NCBI GenBank assembly: GCA_913757435.1
Contig: CAJYDM010000007.1
Location: forward strand, 10,647-74,646
Source of the DNA: Syntrophomonas sp. DTU019
GTDB taxonomy: Bacteria > Bacillota > Syntrophomonadia > Syntrophomonadales > Syntrophomonadaceae
Direction of reading: 5' to 3'
DNA: 64,000 bases
In this document: positions 28,870 to 36,101 of the stretch, one piece after another
Layout of the letters: each line of letters starts with the position of its first letter
How positions within the stretch are numbered: position 1 is the first letter of the stretch
Made by a program: the position numbers and the translations under genes
The notes under the pieces: generated by a model
Told to the model about the DNA's origin: nothing
Database searches by the model: none
Seen by the model: the letters and a program-made list of their open reading frames with translations, nothing else

Positions 28870-29136
28870 CCCGCGTCCTGGGGTAAAACATCAGGCTGAA
28901 CCTGACCTTAGGCTTACACCAAACCTAAGAGTGGTTCTTAATTTAGAGTGGTTCTTTATATGGAACGGCAAGCTTCGGACGTCGTCAAGGCTGGGCTTAC
29001 ACAGACCATTAGAAGTGGTTCTATACAGATGGCAAGCCCAAATGCAATTTAGCAGTGGACACAGTGGTCTTAGGCCATCCAGCGGTGTAGTGGATTATAT
29101 TAATGCCAGCAGCGTGTATACAGTGATTACTGGGAT

Positions 29137-29658
29137 ATGGAGGGGAACAGCTTGAAGTGGAGTGATGAGGCACAACAGGCCTTGGAAAAGGTACCCGGTT
29201 TTGTGCGCAAAATGGCCCGGCGCGCCGTAGAGCAAGAGGTGCGAAAAAAGGGATTGGACACAGTGGAGCTAGACGACGTAACAACGGTACAGGCAAAGTA
29301 CCTGGGCTACATCGGTAAGCAGGAGCCCAACAAAACCAGAGTGGCGGTGGTGCGCTGCGAGATAGTATCCGAAGTATGCCCGGGTGTGGCCTGTTTTAAA
29401 TCTTTTAACCGCCGCGAAAACCATTTTGCGGACTACCAGGGGGAAGTTGAGATGGTAGGTTTTTTCACCTGCGGAGGATGCCCGGGACGTCGCGCTTTCC
29501 GTCTGGTTGATAGTCTGATGCGCTATGGAGTCGATGTGGTGCACCTCTCCTCATGTATGCTCTTAGAGGAAGACTACCCGCGCTGCCCGCACGCCAAACA
29601 GATCAAGAAAATGCTGGAGAGCAAAGGGCTGAAAGTAGTCGAAGGCACTCATCATTAG
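29137..29658 (+). CDS. CGGC-domain protein with an N-terminal PCP-reductase-like helical domain
   Basis: FFTCGGCPGRR motif. The N-terminus WSDEAQQALEKVPGFVRKMARRAVE resembles the PCP_red domain. A TTG at 29152 is an alternative start. Confidence 0.7.
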   Translation: MEGNSLKWSDEAQQALEKVPGFVRKMARRAVEQEVRKKGLDTVELDDVTTVQAKYLGYIGKQEPNKTRVAVVRCEIVSEVCPGVACFKSFNRRENHFADYQGEVEMVGFFTCGGCPGRRAFRLVDSLMRYGVDVVHLSSCMLLEEDYPRCPHAKQIKKMLESKGLKVVEGTHH

Positions 29659-30000
29659 CATAAGGGGACGTTATTCTTTGCGAAAATCCCTTGTCAAAAA
29701 GGATTTCATTCAAGCTTGGGAACCGGAGGTTCGTGGAAGTTTTGCCTCCTCTATGATACACCGGCTGGGAGTCAGAACATCATTATCAAGGACGCTTTTC
29801 CCTATGAAACACCGGCTGTGAGTCAAAGCATCATTCCCGTGACTTCCCTTGACTCTATTGTCGTTGCTGCATCAGCCGATGGGATCATTTTGCATAGGAG
29901 TTAAAGCGAGGCAGAGGCAGCCTTGGGACCCGCCTGATACCGATGCAGAATGCGGCCTGGACGTAACCGCAGGTAAAATTCAAACCAGGAGGTAGCTAAG

Positions 30001-30363
30001 ATGGCTAGAATGACCATAAAAATAGACGAAGAACTATGCAACGGCTGTGGTGAGTGCATTTCCCCCTGTGTGGAGGGGGCCTTGGCCCTGGTCGATGGCA
30101 AGGCCAAAGTGGTCAGCGAGGAATTGTGCGACGGGGCCGGGGTGTGTATCGGGGCCTGCCCGGTGGGAGCACTATCTCTGGAACGCAAAGACCATGTAGT
30201 GGAGATCCCGGCCTTTATCAGCAAGGATGAAAAAGGTGCTGAAGTGTTGCGCTGCCATCTGTGCCAGCGCAGCGAGTCCGAACATTACCTGCTGCAGGTG
30301 CGCAAACAGGGAAGAGCCGATTGGGTCTGTACCCGCTGCCTGCCCGGCCTCATCCACGGCTAA
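30001..30363 (+). CDS. 2x[4Fe-4S] ferredoxin-domain protein with a C-terminal Cys4 ribbon
   Basis: CNGCGECISPC and CDGAGVCIGACP motifs, then CHLC...CTRC. Strong SD (CAGGAGG). Confidence 0.75.
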   Translation: MARMTIKIDEELCNGCGECISPCVEGALALVDGKAKVVSEELCDGAGVCIGACPVGALSLERKDHVVEIPAFISKDEKGAEVLRCHLCQRSESEHYLLQVRKQGRADWVCTRCLPGLIHG

Positions 30364-30631
30364 GATAGAACCGGACAAGGCCTAAACGACCTGGCAAGAG
30401 TGTATGACCCACCCGGGCGTCACTATAATAGAGTTAGTCGCTAAAACTGAACCAATAGGGTTGCCGGTATAACCGTTGTTACTGAAATAATCTCCCGACA
30501 ATTAACTGAAACCGCAGCCAATATGGTATCGGCTGTAGAATTCAAGGCCTGGAACAGTGAACTTTTAGCTTGGGAAATCAAAAAGCCATGCTTGGGGTAA
30601 GCTAAAAGGAATCGATTCAGGAGGCAAAACC

Positions 30632-31525
30632 ATGTGGTTGGTGGGCATCTGCGTAATAATCGGATATTTGCTCGGTGAGCGCTTATCCCGCTGGTCAGAC
30701 CGGATGATACGCGTTGGCCTCTATATATTGTTGATAGCCATGGGCATGAATCTGGGTCGAAGCGAACAGATCCTGAAGGCTATACCGCTCTTGGGCGCGC
30801 AGGCGGTGTTATACTGTGTAGCCTCCAGCCTGGCCAGCATCCTGGTGGTGTATTTCTACGAGCGCCTCTTCATCCATCGCTTCATCCGCCGCCGCCACCC
30901 CCTGGAGCGTTCCGCCTTGGGGCGTGAGGCTCTGCTCATCGGGCTGATCGCTCTATGTATCATCGCCGGTATCACCAGCGGCAGGTACTGGATCAATATG
31001 CCCTCCAATCTGCCTGCGGTGTTGTTCTATCTGTCCTTGATCGTAATTTGTACCTCTATCGGGGTCGTCATAAGGACTTCGCTGCATTATATATCGGCTA
31101 CCAAAAAGTTGTGGCTATATGCCATGGTTCCGGTATTGGTAACCCTGGGCAGTGTTGGCGGAGGAATGCTAGCGGGGCTGGTAACCGGGCGCAGCCTGGT
31201 GGATTCGGCAGCCATAGGCGGGACCATGGTGTTCTATTCCTTCGCTTCAGTGGTGATCACTCAGCAGTCGGGGGTAGACGTCGGCCTGTTGGCTCTATTG
31301 AGCAATATTCTGCGCGAGATCCTCACCTTTGCGGCGGTGCCGTTTCTGGCCCGTTATTCTGAACTTTCTGCGTTTGGGGTAGGTGGAGCCTCCACCATGG
31401 ACGTGACCCTGCCGGTGATCAAGCGCAGCCTTCCTGAGGAGTACACCTTACTGGGGATATTCAACGGAGTGGTATTATCGGTAGCCGTCCCTCTTCTGTT
31501 AATGCTCCTCTACAGCCTCGCCTAA
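30632..31525 (+). CDS. LysO/DUF340-family membrane protein (putative basic amino-acid exporter)
   Basis: 297 aa, polytopic, with a two-repeat architecture resembling DUF340. The call is moderate. Confidence 0.5.
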   Translation: MWLVGICVIIGYLLGERLSRWSDRMIRVGLYILLIAMGMNLGRSEQILKAIPLLGAQAVLYCVASSLASILVVYFYERLFIHRFIRRRHPLERSALGREALLIGLIALCIIAGITSGRYWINMPSNLPAVLFYLSLIVICTSIGVVIRTSLHYISATKKLWLYAMVPVLVTLGSVGGGMLAGLVTGRSLVDSAAIGGTMVFYSFASVVITQQSGVDVGLLALLSNILREILTFAAVPFLARYSELSAFGVGGASTMDVTLPVIKRSLPEEYTLLGIFNGVVLSVAVPLLLMLLYSLA

Positions 31526-31879
31526 TGGAAGACTACTCTGCATCTCCTTCCTGATCCCGGGTGATTAAAAAAACGTGTGACATATGGACTTATGGGGACG
31601 TTTTCAGTGTGTTATTTTTGTATGCCGTTAAAATCATCAAATTCAAATCATATATTCAAATCATATAAAAATAATAGTAATTATATAAAATATGCCATGG
31701 ACCTTTTCGCGTCTAGCTTGCCTCCTGCCGCCTTTCCAGCCCCCTGGCTGCCTTGCTTACTTTTTTTGCCTAGCGGCGCGAAAAACCCTTTTTGTTGTCG
31801 TACCCGGAAGTTACATGTATAATTAATTTGATAATTGGGATCGAGGGAAACCAAAAAAAACAAGGGAGATGAGGAGAGC

Positions 31880-32683
31880 ATGAAGAAGTTGTTCAGACTG
31901 TTGTTGGTTGCCATGCTGATCTTTAGCTTGGCAGCAGTCGGCGGATGCGCCCCGAAGGAGCCCGCACCCCAGCAAGGAGCCGATGCCCCTGCTCCGGCCA
32001 AAGTGCTCAATGTTGGTACCCAAGCTACATATCCGCCTTTTGAATTTGTGGACAAGGCTACCGGCGAATTCATAGGATTCGACATGGACTTGATTCGCGC
32101 CATCGGCAGAGTTCAGGGATACGAAGTGAAGATCCAGAGCATGGGCTTTGACGCTTTGATTCCGTCCCTGCAGGCCGACAAAGTGGATGTTACCATTTCG
32201 GCGCAGTCCATCACCGAAGAACGCCTGAAAGCCATCGATTTCAGCGACCCCTACTTTAATGGCGGTCTGATCGTAGCGGTGCGCGCTGATAACACCACCA
32301 TCAATAGTTATGATGACCTGGCTGGTAAAAAGCTGGCCGCTGAAGTGGGCACCATTGGAGCTGCCGCTTCCGAGAAACTGAAAGAAAAAGATCCTAAGAC
32401 TCAGGTAGCCATCTTTGACGGCATCGGCGAGGCCTTTATGGAACTGGAAAAAGGCGGTGCCGAAGGGGTTATCAATGACTGGGCGGTCACCGACTATTAT
32501 ATGACGACCGACGGCAAAGGCAAGATCAAAATGGTAGGCGAAATCTTCCAGGCTGATGACCAGTATGGCATTGGTATTAAGAAGGGCGATACTGAGACTT
32601 TGCAATTGATCAACGAAGGTTTGTCCAAGCTTAAGGAAAGCGGAGAATTCGATCAGATCTATAAGAAATGGTTCACTAAGTAA
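31880..32683 (+). CDS. Polar amino-acid ABC transporter, substrate-binding lipoprotein
   Basis: ATG at 31880. Lipobox LAAVGGC. GTQATYPPFEF...GFDMDL...ISAQSIT.ER family-3 SBP motifs. Confidence 0.85.
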   Translation: MKKLFRLLLVAMLIFSLAAVGGCAPKEPAPQQGADAPAPAKVLNVGTQATYPPFEFVDKATGEFIGFDMDLIRAIGRVQGYEVKIQSMGFDALIPSLQADKVDVTISAQSITEERLKAIDFSDPYFNGGLIVAVRADNTTINSYDDLAGKKLAAEVGTIGAAASEKLKEKDPKTQVAIFDGIGEAFMELEKGGAEGVINDWAVTDYYMTTDGKGKIKMVGEIFQADDQYGIGIKKGDTETLQLINEGLSKLKESGEFDQIYKKWFTK

Positions 32684-32762
32684 GAACAGGTCAAAATGAT
32701 GCCTGGAAGGGTGGGGGGTTCCCTGCACTTCCAGGCATCTTATTGGGAAGGAGAAGCAGCTC

Positions 32763-33473
32763 ATGTCCATAACGCCATACCCGATGACCTTCGGGGCCAC
32801 GCTATGGGAGAAATTAAACTCTATTAATGGCTTTAATGTCGTTTTTTCAAACTGGGATTACTTTCTCGAAGGCAGCCTAGTAACTCTACAACTAACGGTT
32901 ATATCCGTTTCTGCGGGCATGGTGTTGGGACTCATCATTGCCTTAATGAAGATGTCTCGTTGGCGGCTTTTGAGTTCAGTGGCCGTAATTTATATCGATT
33001 TCTTCCGCGGCACCCCTCTATTGGTGCAAGTAATGCTTTTTCACTTCGGCATCCTGCCTATATTTATGGATTCCGGGCCATTTTTATCCGGAGTAATCGC
33101 CTGTTCGCTCAACAGCGCTGCCTATGTGGCTGAAATCGTGCGCGCCGGCATTCAGGCGGTAGATCGGGGGCAGATGGAAGCAGCCCGCTCGCTGGGCATG
33201 AACGGCAGCCAGGCGATGCGTTACGTGATATTACCGCAGGCTTATAAAGTAGTGATCCCCCCTATGATAAATGAATTCGTCATGTTGTTAAAAGATACTT
33301 CACTGGTTTCGGTGATTGCAGTTATGGAATTGACCCACCGAGGAAAACTGCTCTATTCCACCACCTATGAAGCGGCCTGGGTGTGGGGAGCAGTCTGCGT
33401 GGTATACTATATAATGACTAAAACCGTTGCCATGATGGGTGACTGGATAGAAAGGAGGCTGGCCACAGAATGA
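32763..33473 (+). CDS. Amino-acid ABC transporter permease
   Basis: HisM/GlnP-type EAA loop ([22 protein letters not shown]). Confidence 0.85.
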   Translation: MSITPYPMTFGATLWEKLNSINGFNVVFSNWDYFLEGSLVTLQLTVISVSAGMVLGLIIALMKMSRWRLLSSVAVIYIDFFRGTPLLVQVMLFHFGILPIFMDSGPFLSGVIACSLNSAAYVAEIVRAGIQAVDRGQMEAARSLGMNGSQAMRYVILPQAYKVVIPPMINEFVMLLKDTSLVSVIAVMELTHRGKLLYSTTYEAAWVWGAVCVVYYIMTKTVAMMGDWIERRLATE

Positions 33474-34192
33474 TTGAAGTAAAGGGCATACACAAGAGTT
33501 TCGGCCGCCTCGAAGTTTTAAAAGGTATTGATTTCCATGTCTCCGCGCGCGAGGTAGTATGTGTAATCGGACCCAGTGGTTCCGGCAAAAGCACTTTATT
33601 GAGGTGCATCAACCAGTTGGAGACGGTGCAGTCCGGGCATATTTTTATCGACGGTGTTGAAGTAACCGATCCCAAGACCGATATCAACGCTTTACGGCAG
33701 CAAGTGGGAATGGTGTTTCAGCTCTTTAACCTGTTCCCCCACAAGACCACGCTGGAGAACATCACCATGGCACCGGTCATACTCAAGGGCATGCCCAAGG
33801 CTGAGGCCGAAGAGATTGCCATTGGACTATTGCGCAAGGTTGGTCTTCCTGATAAAGACCATGTTTACCCGGCGCAGCTGTCCGGAGGTCAGAAGCAGCG
33901 TGTAGCCATCGCCCGGGCATTAGCCATGCATCCCAAAGTAATGTTGTTCGATGAGCCCACTTCCTCGCTGGACCCGGAAATGGTAGGTGAGGTTTTGTCG
34001 GTTATGAAAGACCTGGCCCATGAAGGCATGACTATGGTGGTGGTAACCCATGAAATGGGCTTCGCTCGCGAAGTGGGACATCGGGTGATATTTATGGACG
34101 AAGGGATTATCATGGAGGAAGGCACTCCGGCGGCCATATTTGACAACCCTCAGAACCCGCGCACCCAGTCTTTCCTGAGCAAAGTGCTGTAA
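33470..34192 (+). CDS. Amino-acid ABC transporter ATP-binding protein (GlnQ-like)
   Basis: Walker [10 protein letters not shown], signature [15 protein letters not shown], Walker [12 protein letters not shown]. Confidence 0.9.
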   Translation: MIEVKGIHKSFGRLEVLKGIDFHVSAREVVCVIGPSGSGKSTLLRCINQLETVQSGHIFIDGVEVTDPKTDINALRQQVGMVFQLFNLFPHKTTLENITMAPVILKGMPKAEAEEIAIGLLRKVGLPDKDHVYPAQLSGGQKQRVAIARALAMHPKVMLFDEPTSSLDPEMVGEVLSVMKDLAHEGMTMVVVTHEMGFAREVGHRVIFMDEGIIMEEGTPAAIFDNPQNPRTQSFLSKVL

Positions 34193-34207
34193 ATGTCACG
34201 GTGACGT

Positions 34208-34263
34208 TGTCACGGGGACGGAGTTGTTGACAAGAAATTGTCAACAACCCCGTCCCCGTGACA
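34208..34263. repeat. 56-bp palindromic element (copy 1) of the GGGGACGG family
   Basis: TGTCACGGGGACGGAGTTGTTGACAA-GAAA-TTGTCAACAACCCCGTCCCCGTGACA forms a 25-bp stem. Confidence 0.85.
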
Positions 34264-34280
34264 TATTAGCAGGTGAGATC

Positions 34281-34907
34281 ATGAATCGTAATAAGGCCAA
34301 AAAGATACTGGATATACTGCAAGAGACCTATCCCGAGGCCGGAACCAGGCTGAGTTTTCAAAGTCCTTTTCAACTCCTGGTAGCGGTTGTCTTATCGGCA
34401 CAAAGTACTGACGAGCAAGTTAACCAGGTCACCGCCAAATTGTTCAGCAAATACTCCACCCCGCAAGAGATGGCTGCTTTGTCCTTGGAGGAATTGCAGG
34501 AATTTATCAGAGGAGTGGGGCTGTTTCGTAATAAAGCCCGCCATATCAAAGCCTTGTCAGAGATGCTCTTGGAAAGGTACGGCGGGGAAGTACCGCGCAG
34601 ATTTGAAGAGCTTATCAAACTTCCCGGCGTGGGACGCAAAAGTGCCAATGTGGTGCTGGCGGTTGGGTTCGGTATGCCGGGGCTGGGGGTAGATACCCAT
34701 GTGCACCGGGTCAGCAATCGCCTCGGTTTGGTCGACGCCAAACAAACGCATCAGACCGAGGCTGCATTGAAGGCACAAATCCCCCGCAAACGCTGGGGCC
34801 AAGCCCATCACCTCTTGATCAGCCATGGGCGGGCGGTATGCAAAGCCCGTTCCCCGCAGTGTTCATCCTGCTTGTTGGAATCGATTTGCTCCAAAAACAT
34901 TAAGTGA
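34281..34907 (+). CDS. nth: Endonuclease III
   Basis: ATG at 34281. HhH LPGVGRKSANVVL and the Fe-S cluster loop CKARSPQCSSCLLESIC. Confidence 0.9.
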   Translation: MNRNKAKKILDILQETYPEAGTRLSFQSPFQLLVAVVLSAQSTDEQVNQVTAKLFSKYSTPQEMAALSLEELQEFIRGVGLFRNKARHIKALSEMLLERYGGEVPRRFEELIKLPGVGRKSANVVLAVGFGMPGLGVDTHVHRVSNRLGLVDAKQTHQTEAALKAQIPRKRWGQAHHLLISHGRAVCKARSPQCSSCLLESICSKNIK

Positions 34908-34910
34908 GCT

Positions 34911-34966
34911 TGTCACGGGGACGGGGTTGTTGACAAGAAATTGTCAACAACCCCGTCCCCTTGACA
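34911..34966. repeat. 56-bp palindromic element (copy 2)
   Basis: 54 of 56 bp are identical to 34208-34263. It starts 4 nt after the nth stop codon. Confidence 0.85.
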
Positions 34967-35060
34967 TAAACAGAAAAGCACAAAGCGGTTTTCACGCTCC
35001 GTAGCCGCGAAAACCGCCCTGTGTTCCCCCCTATTTCCCTCTAATCCCGATTAAAGGATG

Positions 35061-35405
35061 TAAAAACGCCACCGGTTTTCACCAGTGGCCGAAGTTCGCA
35101 TGATAGCCTGGCTTATGTGGCGGTGCTTGCGCGACTGTTACTGCCAACTTGAGCAACTGTCCCGCCGCTTTCTCCGGGCCACACCTACCGTTGCCGCAAG
35201 GTTGTACGCCCCAACCCTAAGGCAACCAGCCAAGAAGGAAGATCTGCGAATTTGGCTCCGTACCACTAATTGATGAAAAGTCTCAGATAAGACCCATTAA
35301 ATGGGCCATAGTTGGTCTCGCGATTTTCCTCCTCACAGCGTAAAGGCTTAATGCTAATCTACCCGGTTTAAGGCAGGTAATAACCGGGGACTATCTCTAT
35401 AATTA
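35061..35405 (-). ncRNA. Candidate structured non-coding transcript of unknown family
   Basis: Minus-strand extended -10 (TGTTATAAT, 35419-35411). Long-range pairing of GCCAAATTCGCAGAT with ATCATGCGAACTTCGGC and of CTTGGCT with AGCCAGG, plus internal hairpins. Minus-strand terminator GCCACTGGTGAAAACCGGTGGC + GTTTTT (35089-35061). There is no ORF of 60 aa or more on that strand. Confidence 0.3.
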
Positions 35406-35748
35406 CTGCTATTATAACATAGTGAAAACAAAAACAATAGACTGTGCAAATATTACTTAAACGTTGTATTTCCCCGATTAGCGGCACAAAAGCGGCAGTT
35501 TCGGGTTTAAATGACTTAAGCAGCCCTGCTTTGCAGGATTGCCAAGCAATTGTAAAATGATAACATTTTCGTATTGCTTCTAAACAGTGCTGCCAAATTA
35601 TTATTGAAGGGTATTATCTATAATTCAAATACATAAACTGTGTCGAAAAGGCCAGTTGACTGGCTGAGATTTTCTGCCAGAGCTTTAAATGCAGTCAGCA
35701 TTTCAACATTGGATACATGGCAAGAACCCGGCAAAATGTCGACCCGGC

Positions 35749-36050
35749 TTGCTAGCCAATGGGGGATGTGCTACAATAAATTATTATTTTCCAGTTTTCA
35801 TGGATAAACAGCGGCTGTGAAGGGGACAGTAAGCGATTTGGTCAAGGTTAAGCGAGGTCGGGCAGGTGCGAGCCGGCTCCTGCCTTTTCGACGAAGATCA
35901 CCCCGGAGCCTTCAACCGAACTTCAGTAGGTTTGAACGTTTGCTCACGTTATAGAGCACAAGAGCGGTGCCTGCGGCTGGGCAGGCACTAAATGGGTGGT
36001 ACCGCGGAAGAGGCCTTTCGTCCCTGTGGATGGAAGGGCTTTATTTTTTC
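35749..36050 (+). promoter_or_regulatory. Promoter plus Ile-specific T-box leader of ileS
   Basis: TTGCTA (35749-54), a 17-nt spacer and TACAAT (35772-77). Stem I elements are GAAGGGGACAGTA and AGCGAG...GGTGCGAG. The specifier loop GAAG-AUC-A has AUC at 35897-99. The T-box AATGGGTGGTACCGCG lies at 35991-36006. The terminator ends in TTATTTTTT (36041-49). Confidence 0.85.
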
Positions 36051-36101
36051 CCGGGCACATCCCGCATATCGCCAGCAAAAAAAGTACATGAGGTGAATCA
36101 C

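Noticed and set aside
30364-30631. Lysine (L-box) or other riboswitch in the ~200-nt leader of the LysO-like gene.
   Set aside because: No L-box core (AGAGGCGC...GGTGAAAGG...) or other recognisable riboswitch consensus is present. There are only three ACTGAA repeats and a TATAAT box.
34208-34966. nth as an integron gene cassette bounded by attC sites.
   Set aside because: No integrase or attI is nearby. The palindromes lack the RYYYAAC/GTTRRRY core sites, they are perfect hairpins and not bulged attC folds, and they belong to the genome-wide GGGGACGG family.
35061-35405. Identification of the minus-strand structured region as RNase P RNA, SRP RNA, tmRNA, 6S RNA or a known riboswitch.
   Set aside because: The universal signatures are absent. 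These include GAGGAAAGUCC and ACAGAA-CCGGCUUA for RNase P, GGUCCGGAAGGAAGCAGC for SRP, the tRNA-like ends of tmRNA, and the B12, TPP, SAM, glycine and purine cores. Only short chance resemblances are present (CCTGGCTTATG, GAAGGAAG). It is kept only as an unknown candidate.
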